This document shows, in pieces, positions 1 to 10,244 of a stretch of DNA of 64,000 bases. The first letter of the stretch is position 1. Each line of letters begins with the position of its first letter. Below the pieces are notes generated by a model. It did no database searches. It saw only the letters and a program-made list of their open reading frames with translations, and was not told where the DNA came from. Origin of the DNA: a virus (lineage: Duplodnaviria > Caudoviricetes); the IMG/VR virus record IMGVR_UViG_3300021387_001157, positions 64,001 to 128,000 of that record. One strand, 5' to 3'. Position numbers and translations under genes: made by a program.

Positions 1-124
1 TCAACCAGTTCCACAATGGCCATATGATGAGAGCAATCAAAAAACCAACAACGATTGAAAACAGTAGACTAATCAACATCAAACAAAGGGTTTGAATAAA
101 ATTTTGGCTCATTTGTAATATCAT
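1..124 (-). CDS. Small membrane protein, 5' part only (runs off the window)
   Basis: Own translation: MILQMSQNFIQTLCLMLISLLFSIVVGFLIALIIWPLWNWL..., hydrophobic, no stop before position 1. Confidence 0.55.
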   Translation of the reverse strand, partial: MILQMSQNFIQTLCLMLISLLFSIVVGFLIALIIWPLWNWL

Positions 125-292
125 AATATAAAAGATTAATAAAAGAAGAATCTTTAAAATTCAACAAATAACTGATTTATACTAGATTATATGAAACTAT
201 ATCATTTTCGAAATTTCTTTCTATTTTTTGAAAGAGATGAAAGTTCTATTTTTACACGATGGGAAGTCATCTTTCCATTTCCAATAGGTTGG

Positions 293-1033
293 TTAACGCT
301 GCAAAATTGTCTGACCTTTTGTTCCATCATATTTCTCTATGATTGGTTTACACGTTTCTAGTACGGAGACGACTTTATCCAAGTCGAAGTAGTCGTTAGT
401 CCGGACACCGGATTCCATATCAATCCAAAAGTCTCCTGAGACATTCTCATAGATATATGTGAGTTTCTCTGCACAATTCTCTGGATTAAATCCACCGGCA
501 TATCCAACACATCCGTCGTAAGGATACAGTTGGATACTGGTATCGATTCCCTGCACACCACTGCCATCGATGAGAACAGACAATGTGCATTTGTTCCATT
601 CATATTCCTTCCACTTCTCGACGGTATTCTTCAGTATCGAATCGTTAACTATATCTTTCTGCTGGATAATAATTTCCTGTCCAACGAAGATTGGTGCCCA
701 ACAATATGCTGGGGTGTCGGTTTTGTTGGCGATGTTTAGTTGGATTCGTTTAAAGAGTTCGAGATTTCTGTTGATGAGATTATCGACATCGACCCATAAT
801 CCCTCGGCGGCATTACTTGCAATGCTTCCACACAGATGGAGGGCGAGGTTGAGTTTCTTATCGTAAAACTTATGTATGAGACTCGGATTCAGATAACGGG
901 GACCATTTTCGTTCCAATGTTTGCTTGCAAGAATTCCAAATTCAACAATTGGATACTCTTGCTGGATTTCCACTAGTCTGTCGATGTCTGTTTTCGAATC
1001 TACACCTGTGAATGTTATGTGTTTTAGTTTCAT
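293..1033 (-). CDS. TrpF/PRAI-like TIM-barrel protein (phage type)
   Basis: ITFTGVD at N-terminus, LIDGSG..G, GYAGGFNPEN and WIDMESGVR resemble the PRAI phosphate-binding motifs. Confidence 0.6.
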   Translation of the reverse strand: MKLKHITFTGVDSKTDIDRLVEIQQEYPIVEFGILASKHWNENGPRYLNPSLIHKFYDKKLNLALHLCGSIASNAAEGLWVDVDNLINRNLELFKRIQLNIANKTDTPAYCWAPIFVGQEIIIQQKDIVNDSILKNTVEKWKEYEWNKCTLSVLIDGSGVQGIDTSIQLYPYDGCVGYAGGFNPENCAEKLTYIYENVSGDFWIDMESGVRTNDYFDLDKVVSVLETCKPIIEKYDGTKGQTILQR

Positions 1034-1371
1034 ATTTCTTTTGATTCGATTTTGTAGTCGTATAGTTTGTATTGTTTAAAAGTTATCATTACAGTTTCTC
1101 CGAATCGTGACATCTCTACAAGTCCTCCCAATGCTTTTATACCGATGGTCAGAAATAAATTATTTGTGGTTAGAATACTATAGACGGCTTTGTCGATTTC
1201 AGCAACCACTTCGTTGATGTCACATTCATCCGATGGTGCCGCTTCATTCAATATTTTTTGGAGAAATCCTGCATATTCATCCGGAGACTCGTTGGTTTTT
1301 TTCAGATTTTCTATGGTTGTATTAAACCTTGTTGTCGGTACTTTAACGTGTATTTGTATGTATTCTTTCAT
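1030..1371 (-). CDS. Hypothetical protein
   Basis: 113-aa ORF, ATGA-type overlaps with both neighbours. Confidence 0.7.
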   Translation of the reverse strand: MKEYIQIHVKVPTTRFNTTIENLKKTNESPDEYAGFLQKILNEAAPSDECDINEVVAEIDKAVYSILTTNNLFLTIGIKALGGLVEMSRFGETVMITFKQYKLYDYKIESKEI

Positions 1372-1883
1372 ATCAATTCAAATTTGATGTTTGACGACAT
1401 AGTTCCTCTCGGAACAAAGATGGTATCGAATTCACCTACATATGGTTTTCTATATATTGTGAATCGTATATAGTTACTGATATTTCTTTCCTTATATTTT
1501 ATAGTTTGATTAATATGAGGATTATCATCAGTCTCAACTATAGCCGTATATTTCACCGGAACATTTTTTTGAACATAACTACCGTCTTCCTTTTTCACCA
1601 TCACAATGTAGTAGAAATCTTCATCTATCTGTGTTTTAGAGAAATATATGTTTTCATTTTGTACAGTTTTTGTTGCAATAATCTCATTATGGATGTTTTC
1701 CTCTGTTGGTTTAAAAAATGAGTCCATTGTAGAAATTTGAGAAATTATCCAAATGCAGAGACCTAAAATGATAGTTACTGCAAGATATACTGGAAATCCT
1801 TCAGAACGGAAATCTTTATCGAAGTGTCTGATGATATATAAAATGATGAACGCCGATAAAAATGAACTTAATAAAAATACCAT
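1368..1883 (-). CDS. Hypothetical membrane protein (2 N-terminal TM segments)
   Basis: Two hydrophobic stretches followed by a soluble domain. Confidence 0.7.
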   Translation of the reverse strand: MVFLLSSFLSAFIILYIIRHFDKDFRSEGFPVYLAVTIILGLCIWIISQISTMDSFFKPTEENIHNEIIATKTVQNENIYFSKTQIDEDFYYIVMVKKEDGSYVQKNVPVKYTAIVETDDNPHINQTIKYKERNISNYIRFTIYRKPYVGEFDTIFVPRGTMSSNIKFELI

Positions 1884-1900
1884 AATTGTTTTGTTTTTTA

Positions 1901-2911
1901 TTATTTACATACCTCGTCCAAAGATGCACTGAGGTGTTTCGAAAATTCTCTGTATTTCTGTGAGTCGAATATCCATCGACCTCTTTTCTCTTGGCCATAG
2001 TCAATATCCATCTCTTCATAGATGGTACAAGGGTTTGGTTTGAGAATGAATATCTTGTCACTGATGTAGAGTGCTTCTTCCAGTGAGTGGGTGACGTTGA
2101 TGATGGTGTGCTCGGTTTCTGATGCAATCTTGATGATGAGGTCTTGAATATCCCTTTTCATCTTGATGTCCAATGCACCGGTTGCCTCATCCAGGAAGAA
2201 TACCTTACTGCCTGATGTGATGCATCGTGCAATGGACACCCTCTGCAACTGTCCTCCTGAAAGCTTCGAAGCATTGGCGTATTTACTGGCGTGTTCCTCA
2301 AGCCCAACCAGCTTGAGTGTCTCCATTGCCTTTTCACGTGCCTCCTTTTTGTCCATTCCTTTCAGGACCATAGGAAGTGCCACGTTGTCGATGACCGTCA
2401 TCCAATGGAATGACGAGTAACTCTGGAAAACCATGGGTACCGATTTGTACTCATTTATGTTCTGTCCAAATATTCTGATGTCACCTTTCTGTGGTGTCAT
2501 TAATCCGGCCGCCATTTTCAGAAGGCATGATTTACCACATCCACTACCTCCCATAATACTCACGACCTCCGATATCATAGGTTTGTCTTCCACCTTGAGT
2601 GAGAAGTCGTCGAAAATCTTGAACTCGTGTTCAGTCCCCTCATCGAAGATATGTGTGAGATGGTCAATTTCGAAAGAATATCGTTTTCCATCACCAATAG
2701 ATATTTTGGGAGATTTTTCAACCGGAGTCGAAACTGTAGCCGGAGCTGTAGTTGTCACAGGAACTGTAGCCGGAGATGTAGTTGGTTGAATTGGTTTCAT
2801 AAATGGATTGTTGGACACCGGTATAGAAGTTTTGGTCTCAATGGGTTTATCCGAATCCTTACTACCATCTATTGGTTTCGAAAATGCCGAAATATTTTTT
2901 TCCTTTGACAT
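1901..2911 (-). CDS. ABC transporter ATP-binding subunit (TauB/SsuB/NitT family)
   Basis: Walker A GGSGCGKS, Q-loop MVFQ, signature LSGGQLQR, Walker B FFLDEA, H-loop VTHS; ~70-aa P/T/S-rich N-terminal extension. Confidence 0.92.
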   Translation of the reverse strand: MSKEKNISAFSKPIDGSKDSDKPIETKTSIPVSNNPFMKPIQPTTSPATVPVTTTAPATVSTPVEKSPKISIGDGKRYSFEIDHLTHIFDEGTEHEFKIFDDFSLKVEDKPMISEVVSIMGGSGCGKSCLLKMAAGLMTPQKGDIRIFGQNINEYKSVPMVFQSYSSFHWMTVIDNVALPMVLKGMDKKEAREKAMETLKLVGLEEHASKYANASKLSGGQLQRVSIARCITSGSKVFFLDEATGALDIKMKRDIQDLIIKIASETEHTIINVTHSLEEALYISDKIFILKPNPCTIYEEMDIDYGQEKRGRWIFDSQKYREFSKHLSASLDEVCK

Positions 2912-2913
2912 AG

Positions 2914-3723
2914 TTACTTCTTTGTGTGTGGGAATATTATTGGTTTCAAGAAATGGAAGAGTCTGTCTTGCAATAGTCCTATCATCACGATAATGAAGAG
3001 TAGGGCATATACTTCCGGAGTTCTACTCTGCCGAGTGAATGTGGAAATCATTGCACCGATTCCTCCGACTTTATTAAGACTCTCTGCAATGACGACGTAA
3101 GTGTAGGAGATGGCCACAAGACTTCTGATGTCATCGTATACCTTTTCCATCACATATGGGAAGTACACATACCGGAAAGTCTGCCAATTGGACATACCCA
3201 TTGTCTTTGCTGTCTGAAGATAGACATTATCATTTACATTGGTTGGGTTCTGTAAGTCTAGTACCTTACCGACAACGCTTGGAATGGTGAAGATGAAGAT
3301 ACCGAAAGCAAGGAAGAAAGATTTCATACCGAAGGAGAGTCCAAAGATGGAGATAAAGATTCCAGATACTGTTGGTAGCGGGAGGTATCGTAGTGCTTCA
3401 AAATATTTCCTGAACAACGAGTTGAACATAGGTATCATTCCTATGACAAATCCCAACGGTATTGCAAACAGAACTGCAATGAGATATCCAGAGATATTCA
3501 GCGACACCGTGTACCATATGTTGTCCAACAAGTGGTATTTCGAGAATAAGTCGGGAATGATGGATACAACCTTTACTGGATTAGGTAGGATGCCAGGACT
3601 GATGATTTCTCCAGTCAATGTCACGAGATACCATATCGTCACAAGAAATATGGCACCTATCGACCCAATAATCCTCCCATCTTTTTTCGAAATTTCCCCA
3701 CCAGGTTTGAAGTACTTTTTCAT
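2914..3723 (-). CDS. ABC transporter permease (TauC/SsuC family)
   Basis: ILPNP..V motif, multiple TM helices, EAA-like LQTAKTMGMS, VVIAE..GGIG; adjacent to the ATPase. Confidence 0.9.
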   Translation of the reverse strand: MKKYFKPGGEISKKDGRIIGSIGAIFLVTIWYLVTLTGEIISPGILPNPVKVVSIIPDLFSKYHLLDNIWYTVSLNISGYLIAVLFAIPLGFVIGMIPMFNSLFRKYFEALRYLPLPTVSGIFISIFGLSFGMKSFFLAFGIFIFTIPSVVGKVLDLQNPTNVNDNVYLQTAKTMGMSNWQTFRYVYFPYVMEKVYDDIRSLVAISYTYVVIAESLNKVGGIGAMISTFTRQSRTPEVYALLFIIVMIGLLQDRLFHFLKPIIFPHTKK

Positions 3724-3746
3724 TTGATTTCTTTTTTAAAAGTTTA

Positions 3747-3773
3747 AAAGGGAGTCGGGCACTGACTCCCTTT
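3747..3773. terminator. Stem-loop (putative intrinsic terminator or processing hairpin)
   Basis: AAAGGGAGTC-gggcact-GACTCCCTTT perfect inverted repeat; a related imperfect hairpin at ~3806-3832. Confidence 0.6.
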
Positions 3774-3838
3774 CCAATTAAATAAACCTTTTTACCCTTT
3801 CTGGGGAGGGGAGTCAGAACGACCCCCCTTTCACATCG

Positions 3839-5377
3839 TTATCGTTGGACCAGTTTCATTGATGTTGTTCGGTAGGACTGGTTGCTTCCAACTACTCCAT
3901 CCGAGATTGCACGCTTGGGTCCGTTACCCTCGACGATGAATCGGTTCTTATCGATACCTTGACGATTGAGATAGTTGGCTACACTCTGGGCACGTTGCTT
4001 TGATAGTTCGATGTTGTGCTGATAGCTACCAGTGTTGTCGGTGTTACCCTCGATTCGGACATAGCAGTTGTTGAACTGTTTGATGATAGGAAGCATCTCA
4101 CGCTCGATAATGGTCTCAGCATCGACACTCAATGCACTTCCATCGACGGGGAACTCGATAACCACTTCCTTATCAGAGAACGCCTCAGTAGATTTGACTT
4201 TCATCGACGGAGCAGAAAACTTACGTTTGGCGGTACCCTTTGCACTCTGGTCATTGCCAATCTCGTTGCTTGCCATCAGTGATTCGATAATTGAGGTCTC
4301 TGATACTTTACGCCACGGCAGTGTTGCTTTGGCCAATCCGATACCTCCATATACCTGACTCATCTTTGTGTAGAGATTCTCACCGGTGATTCCATCGTAT
4401 CCAATGGTGTTCAGACCGAACCAGTTGATGTTGTCGTCGAGGGTGGCGAAGTTAATCTTGCTGCCGACCGTCAGAACATCCTCCTCCGGAACATCGAACT
4501 CTTGTGAGAACACGTGGCAGATTTCCTTATACGTCTCTGGGTTGTTCATCTCGGAGTTTGCCCACATCAAGGCTTCTGCAATCTTCTTAGCAGTCTCCGG
4601 ATTGTCTTTCAACCACTCATCGTGGGCTAGGAATCCGTCTGTCACAAGAGTCTGGATATCTTTGGTACTTACTATGACGTGTGTGCCGGCAGGACCATTT
4701 TTGATACAAGCGTCGTCATCTGGGCAGAACACCACGGCTGCATCAGCAGTACCTGCCTTGAACGCCGTTGCAACGTCGGAACCATATCCAGTTGTGATAA
4801 TCTGCACGTCACTGTTGGAAAGACCATTGGCAGCGAGAGTATTGAGTAGGAGAGAATGGGATGCTGTACCTTCCGAGCAGACGATTTTCTTACCCTTCAA
4901 GTCTGCCACTCTCTTGATATTCTTGGTGGCCACGATGGCATCGGCACCAGCCGAGAAGTTGTGAATCATAAAATAACGGGCGTCGGTCATAGTGCCGGAC
5001 TGACTTGCCTCTACGGGATACGAATCGAGGGTACAGAAACGGAGGGCATTTTTGTGTTCCTTGAAGTATGAAGTTGCTCCGTCGAAGTCGTCCATTTGGA
5101 TAATCTTCAGCTTTACACCGAATCGTTTGTAGAACTCGGACTCCTTGCTTCCGTCCTTACCGCCGTTACCCCATACGATGGGAGACCAACCGGTATAAGT
5201 ATCCACTAGCAGAACTGCATCGTACTTACTGTCACCACCTCCAGTAATACCGGCGAGATTGATTCCAGATTTTTTTGCTCCGAAGAATATGCCTGCACCT
5301 AGCAGACCTACAACGAGAACGATTACTACTAGACGGCCTAAACCCGTCAATTTTGAAAAAGTGCTTTTGATACTCAT
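3839..5377 (-). CDS. NMT1/THI5-like periplasmic binding protein fused to a C-terminal OmpA-like peptidoglycan-binding domain
   Basis: N-terminal TM anchor; SAGADAIV..IKRVADLKGKKI..GTASH (PBP type 2); RIEGNTDNTGS..NIELSKQRAQSV.NYL (OmpA_C). Confidence 0.85.
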   Translation of the reverse strand: MSIKSTFSKLTGLGRLVVIVLVVGLLGAGIFFGAKKSGINLAGITGGGDSKYDAVLLVDTYTGWSPIVWGNGGKDGSKESEFYKRFGVKLKIIQMDDFDGATSYFKEHKNALRFCTLDSYPVEASQSGTMTDARYFMIHNFSAGADAIVATKNIKRVADLKGKKIVCSEGTASHSLLLNTLAANGLSNSDVQIITTGYGSDVATAFKAGTADAAVVFCPDDDACIKNGPAGTHVIVSTKDIQTLVTDGFLAHDEWLKDNPETAKKIAEALMWANSEMNNPETYKEICHVFSQEFDVPEEDVLTVGSKINFATLDDNINWFGLNTIGYDGITGENLYTKMSQVYGGIGLAKATLPWRKVSETSIIESLMASNEIGNDQSAKGTAKRKFSAPSMKVKSTEAFSDKEVVIEFPVDGSALSVDAETIIEREMLPIIKQFNNCYVRIEGNTDNTGSYQHNIELSKQRAQSVANYLNRQGIDKNRFIVEGNGPKRAISDGVVGSNQSYRTTSMKLVQR

Positions 5378-5450
5378 AATTTTTTTGATTTTGAAATGTT
5401 GATATTTTTATTTGTTATTGTGTTTGTTTCTTAAATTTTCGAGAAACTTA

Positions 5451-5666
5451 TCATGTTCCTTTTCTTTGGTTTTTGTTGTGTTTCGACAAAACCAAAAAGA
5501 TGGTCAATAAGATGGTCAATACAAGTGCAACTGGAATCCATATCGGTGATAAGACCCACCACCAAGACCATTGGACTACATTACAAAGCTTGAGAATGAT
5601 AAAGGCAATCGTAAGAAGTCCGATAAACCCTATTCCACTACTTGTTGCTGTTTTCGATTCACTCAT
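5451..5666 (-). CDS. Small phage-type membrane protein
   Basis: GIGFIGLLTIAFIILKL...WSWWWVLSPIWIP, pattern recalled from a common phage TM family. Confidence 0.75.
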   Translation of the reverse strand: MSESKTATSSGIGFIGLLTIAFIILKLCNVVQWSWWWVLSPIWIPVALVLTILLTIFLVLSKHNKNQRKGT

Positions 5667-5695
5667 TTTTTTTTTCTTTTAATTTCTTACATTTA

Positions 5696-5705
5696 AAAGA
5701 TACTA
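5696..5705 (-). promoter_or_regulatory. Class II upstream motif TAGTATCTTT (copy 1 of 9)
   Basis: AAAGATACTA on + strand; exact copies at 5696, 15570, 16902, 23823, 29611, 38118, 40373, 45995, 63729, each 5-29 nt upstream of a minus-strand ATG. Confidence 0.75.
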
Positions 5706-5742
5706 TTTTTTTTTGGTGTTTTCGAAAAATGAAGAATATTTT

Positions 5743-6822
5743 TTAAAATAAATCTTCTTGTAGAACCGAGAGTGGCATCCACCACTTTACATGAGTCCGG
5801 TTATACAACTCCCACTTTCCATTGCAATAAGAGTTTACCAGTACAGCATGTCCATCACAGTCAAGCATGGTGATGTAGTATCCATCAGTATCTGGATATT
5901 CGTCCGTCTTCGGATTTCTTGGGTTTGAAACGGTCTTTGTCCAAGGAATGGATTTTTCGAGACTTTCCTTTTTTATAGAATATGTTTCTTTTAAATTATT
6001 GGTTTTATAGATTGAACCATACCCATGAAAAAGACCATTCGTGTATTCGAGTATAAAACCGGTATTACTTTTGAGAATCTGTAAAATCTCAGACGGACTC
6101 ATCTTTTTGTCTTCAGTCTTGTCCAATAATGCACGTGTACATACGTTCGCCTCGACGACGGAATCGTCTTCATAGAATGTGTAGGCGTCAACGGGTTCTC
6201 CCGTCACCTTGTTGTTTTTATACGGATGTTTGACAATCTCCTTCACGGTGTTGATTCGTTGACCACTCTTGAATGGTTTCCCAGAAAGCTTTACAACCTT
6301 GTCACCTGGTTCAACAATTGTGTGAAGTTCACGTATTGCTTTCCTCTCAGATTTCGAAAATCTATGCTCCAAAATATGATTTTTGATTTCATTGACTTTT
6401 TTATCGATTTGGTCAATTTCATCATATAAATCTTTAGCGTCTATGGCGATACTGGCTTCGATGAGATTTTCGAAATCGAATTTGTTTTCGTAGAACCACT
6501 TCACGATTTTTCCTATTCCCATAGGACTAAAAAACGTATCATTAGGGAATATCTTATCATACTCACGTTCCTCCTTATTGGTCATCGACATCATCCGTCT
6601 AAGATAAGGTCGAACCAAAACTTCGTCGAGTTTGATGGTTGTACGGAAAATACCCAAGAAATTCGTAACCGTTATCTCTTTCTTTACTATATCAACAGAT
6701 ATAAGTTTGGCTTTCTCCCATATAGCACTGTCGTCATTCCATTCGATATGGAGAATGAGTCCGTAGGGAAGTCTTGCAGACAACTGCTGCAATAAGATTC
6801 CCTGTCTATCTTCTTGCTTCAT
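5743..6822 (-). CDS. Hypothetical multi-domain phage protein
   Basis: Likely start MKQEDRQ at 6822; LSARLPYG...VRPYLR.M.SMT resembles Bacteroidales phage proteins; C-terminal WWMPL is DUF551-like. Confidence 0.65.
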   Translation of the reverse strand: MKQEDRQGILLQQLSARLPYGLILHIEWNDDSAIWEKAKLISVDIVKKEITVTNFLGIFRTTIKLDEVLVRPYLRRMMSMTNKEEREYDKIFPNDTFFSPMGIGKIVKWFYENKFDFENLIEASIAIDAKDLYDEIDQIDKKVNEIKNHILEHRFSKSERKAIRELHTIVEPGDKVVKLSGKPFKSGQRINTVKEIVKHPYKNNKVTGEPVDAYTFYEDDSVVEANVCTRALLDKTEDKKMSPSEILQILKSNTGFILEYTNGLFHGYGSIYKTNNLKETYSIKKESLEKSIPWTKTVSNPRNPKTDEYPDTDGYYITMLDCDGHAVLVNSYCNGKWELYNRTHVKWWMPLSVLQEDLF

Positions 6823-6826
6823 ATTT

Positions 6827-7420
6827 TTATTCTTTAAATTTCCAACAATCTCCAACTGTTTCTGCACCCGATTCGAGTTCGGTCAAAGCCGATGTTGCCC
6901 ATTTCTTCATTGGGTCGTCATCTTTTAGATGCAAATATCTTTCGAGTTTTTTTCTGATATTATTTCTTTCTTTTTCCGTATTTGGAAGGATGTTATATGC
7001 TTTCCAGGTTCCGTCTTCTTTTTGAAAAGCCTGGTACTTTTTATACTCACCACAATATGGGGCGTAGGCGACGACATTTCCTCCACTAAATGGTTCATGT
7101 CCGTCGATAAGGGCATGGACATTCTGCAAGAAAACTTGTAGAACCATTATGATGTCTCCCCTGTCTAGATAGAAACTCAGTGGGTTTTTATCCCAAAATA
7201 ATTTGGAAAGCATTGCACTTATATCGTGTGTCACACATATCAACACGACATAATAAGGATTCGATTCGTCTGATGAATTCCATATATTGTTCACAATTGT
7301 TCTATAATGTCCAATAAGGTCTTTGAACAATGAGTCATCCATTGTAATCCAGAATGGATGCTCCTTTATGGCATCATGCTCGGTTCTCAGAATACTGAGT
7401 CTTTCTTCTCTTGTTTTCAT
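6827..7420 (-). CDS. Hypothetical protein, paralog of 7900-8502
   Basis: Shares NPYY..CVTHD, GD.IMVLQ, KK.QAF.K.DGT, KKWA with 7900-8502. Confidence 0.75.
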   Translation of the reverse strand: MKTREERLSILRTEHDAIKEHPFWITMDDSLFKDLIGHYRTIVNNIWNSSDESNPYYVVLICVTHDISAMLSKLFWDKNPLSFYLDRGDIIMVLQVFLQNVHALIDGHEPFSGGNVVAYAPYCGEYKKYQAFQKEDGTWKAYNILPNTEKERNNIRKKLERYLHLKDDDPMKKWATSALTELESGAETVGDCWKFKE

Positions 7421-7866
7421 TTTACTGTAAAACCTGATTTCTTTACAAGTTGTATTGCCTGTTCTAGAGCTTCTTTTTTCTTTCTCTCTTCATTCTCTTT
7501 TTTCTTCCTTTCGATTTCGATACCTTGGTCAATACGACTCTTAATCTTCTCGATTCTTTTTTTAGATTCTTCGTCCGATTCTGGTTCAGACCATGAAATC
7601 TCTGTTTCAAATGAAGCTTCCCAGTCTGCACCATTTGGGTTATATTGTTCGTCGTATCCCGTCATCTCAATTGTGACGTAAATATCGTCTGGATGGAATC
7701 CAATGGACTTCAGTTCTTTCTCTTTATTCTCGATTGCTTCCAACAATTCTTTCAAGTCTTCACTCGTTAGAGAGATTGTATTTAAACCGTCACAACAATA
7801 TTTCGGAAGACGACTGCTCTTCCAGACATCTATTTTATCGTCGATATCATATCCTCTGTATTCCAT
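7417..7866 (-). CDS. Hypothetical protein, paralog of 8499-8954 and 63277-63723
   Basis: MEYRG..IDD, QYNPNGAD, acidic/basic C-terminus shared. Confidence 0.75.
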   Translation of the reverse strand: MEYRGYDIDDKIDVWKSSRLPKYCCDGLNTISLTSEDLKELLEAIENKEKELKSIGFHPDDIYVTIEMTGYDEQYNPNGADWEASFETEISWSEPESDEESKKRIEKIKSRIDQGIEIERKKKENEERKKKEALEQAIQLVKKSGFTVK

Positions 7867-7899
7867 TTTAACAATCCTTTTAAATATTCAAATTTTTTA

Positions 7900-8502
7900 C
7901 TATTCTACTTTTAATATCCATGTTTCGCCAATCACGTCGTGTCCCTCTTCGATGTCTTTCATTGCATCTTGTGCCCATTTTTTACTAGGGCAGTCGTGCA
8001 GATTGATGTACTTTTCGATTGTTTTCCTGACGTTTGGAAGTTCATTCTTCGATATAACGTTATAGACAACGTATGTTCCGTCATCCTTTTTAAACGCTTG
8101 GAATTTCTTGATACCACCGCTTCTCGTGTAGGTGTATCCGACGACAGCACCTTCGTAGTCATTGTGGTCGATGATTCGGTGGATGTTCATCAGATAAATT
8201 TGGAGGACCATAATGACATCTCCCATATGTTCCTTCCACCGGTTATTGAACTCACCAAGTATGATGGAGTTGGAGATGTTCCCGAGCATACAGTTGAAGT
8301 CGTGAGTCACACATCTGATGATTGCATAATACGGGTTGGTCACATCTGCAATCCCCCAGTAGTTACGGGAAATCTCACCGAACTTTTTCAACACATCCGG
8401 AAGAAACCGATTGTCGAAGTTAATCCAGTAGGGACTCTCCTTCAGTTCGTCGTGTGCTTTCTTGACGTTTTCGAAACGCCGCTTGATTTCTTCGTTTGTC
8501 AT
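7900..8502 (-). CDS. Hypothetical protein, paralog of 6827-7420
   Basis: Motifs shared with 6827-7420. Confidence 0.75.
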   Translation of the reverse strand: MTNEEIKRRFENVKKAHDELKESPYWINFDNRFLPDVLKKFGEISRNYWGIADVTNPYYAIIRCVTHDFNCMLGNISNSIILGEFNNRWKEHMGDVIMVLQIYLMNIHRIIDHNDYEGAVVGYTYTRSGGIKKFQAFKKDDGTYVVYNVISKNELPNVRKTIEKYINLHDCPSKKWAQDAMKDIEEGHDVIGETWILKVE

Positions 8503-8954
8503 ATTTTCAAATTTTTTACGGTTCCACCATTCTCCTCGATGGTCTTCACTGCTGCTACAAGTGCTTCACGTCTGATTCGTTCAACCCTTGCTTCACTGGC
8601 AATCCGGTCTTCAATGACCATATCGATTCGTTCCTTTTCCCACCGGATTCGTTTCTCCTTTTCCTCTTCATTCTCTTCCTCCATCCAAGAGATGTCGGTG
8701 ATGAATTCGGAGTCTTGGTCTGCACCATTCGGGTTATATTGTGCATCAATACCTAACATCTCTATCTTAACGTCACTGAACCGGACACCTTTCTCCTTGA
8801 GTTCGGATTCTTTCTTTCTGATAATTTCCTTCAACTCATCGAGTTCCTCGATTCCGAGTTCGATTCCATTGGAGTAGTCGTAGGTGAACTTATCCAACCT
8901 CTCGTATCTTTTGACATCTTTTGTGTCATCAATGTGTTGTCCTCTGTATTCCAT
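8499..8954 (-). CDS. Hypothetical protein, paralog of 7417-7866
   Basis: Start placed at MEYRGQ (8954) by paralogy. Confidence 0.75.
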   Translation of the reverse strand: MEYRGQHIDDTKDVKRYERLDKFTYDYSNGIELGIEELDELKEIIRKKESELKEKGVRFSDVKIEMLGIDAQYNPNGADQDSEFITDISWMEEENEEEKEKRIRWEKERIDMVIEDRIASEARVERIRREALVAAVKTIEENGGTVKNLKI

Positions 8955-8958
8955 TTTA

Positions 8959-9630
8959 TTAATTGTTATAACGATTATTACTGATTTTGTTATCAATGAA
9001 CCACTTGGCGGCAGCCTCTGCATCAGACTTGGTGTTCCACTTCATATTGCCATCCTTATCCTTGATGTCTAGCTTACCTATCTTGGCATACCAATGGTTT
9101 CCACCATAGTTCTTGCAACTCTCTGGAAGTCCTAACGCCAAGTAGTCCATCTTCCCCCACTGCATATACCGTACCTCTTCTAGACGGTATTGCTCCTCTA
9201 TGGGAAACTCAAGACTGTCCTTGACAACCTCGTCGACAATCTCATCACCATCAACCATCATGGTTTCAACAACACCGTTGTCAAGATATATTTCACCACT
9301 GTATTTGTGGAAGTCCCTTACCCTGCTGTTGATGGTATCGTTCTCAAGACGTATCGCCGCTTCAATCCAGGAACATCTGAAAATATGCATTATTGGTTCG
9401 ACCGCCTTTGCCCAAGGAGTGATTGGATGTTCCGTGTACACACTGTATCCTTCTGGGTTAGATTTGTCTTTAATCAGATGACTGTTTTCCACATGGTCTC
9501 TTACACCGTCACGAATCTCTGCACCGAATATTTTCTTGAAGTGCTCTACAACCTGCTCCTCAGAATCCGGTTTGAAATACCAGTGACCATCATCTGAACC
9601 TTTTCTTTTTATCTTGACAAATTTGTACAT
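8959..9630 (-). CDS. Hypothetical protein
   Basis: Likely ATG at 9630 (MYKFVKI), just after the upstream stop. Confidence 0.7.
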   Translation of the reverse strand: MYKFVKIKRKGSDDGHWYFKPDSEEQVVEHFKKIFGAEIRDGVRDHVENSHLIKDKSNPEGYSVYTEHPITPWAKAVEPIMHIFRCSWIEAAIRLENDTINSRVRDFHKYSGEIYLDNGVVETMMVDGDEIVDEVVKDSLEFPIEEQYRLEEVRYMQWGKMDYLALGLPESCKNYGGNHWYAKIGKLDIKDKDGNMKWNTKSDAEAAAKWFIDNKISNNRYNN

Positions 9631-9634
9631 GGTA

Positions 9635-10243
9635 TCAGATGTTGATTGATTTGACAAACTCTATGTGTTCCTTGCTCATCGGAACTCCGGTGAAGTTCAC
9701 GTTGAGGAAAGCTCTTCTTACTTTCTCGTCCGAACAGTTCTCACGGAGGAAATAGAATGTGAGGCAGTTTCTTCCCTTGAAAAACCTCTGGGCGGGCTTG
9801 CTGAAGTCCTTCCAATAATTGCCGTTGCTGCCTGGGAACTTATTTTCGAAAAAGTCCATGAGGCAGTTAAGTCTCTGTTTTCCGTCACGACTTCTTTTGT
9901 CTTCCTTGATGACGAGACTGTTCATCATACTTATTACATTATGCACAGAAGCGTTAGAAGTACTATCCCAGGGGAGGTCTGACATTATGTTGTCGAGTCC
10001 GGTTCCCATCAGTGAACTGCATCCATTGGTTCTTTTCTCCATCGATATGGTGGCGACCGGACTATTGTCGAGTCCAAGTTTTTCCATCATTCTTAATCCG
10101 AGAAGTTTTCTGACGACAGATTTGCCTGACGAGTTGCTTCCAGTTAAGACGGTTACCTTACCTGGTTCGATAGACTCTGCCACATCGATGATTCGGTCGA
10201 TATGACCGTTAATGTGTTCTGATGATAAATCTGTATAATCCAT
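9635..10243 (-). pseudogene. Chimera: truncated P-loop ATPase N-half fused to DUF262 C-half
   Basis: Walker A GSNSSGKS but no Walker B; C-terminal DGKQRL...FLNVNFTGVPMSKEHIEFVK aligns with the end of 39473-40351. Confidence 0.65.
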
Positions 10244-10244
10244 T

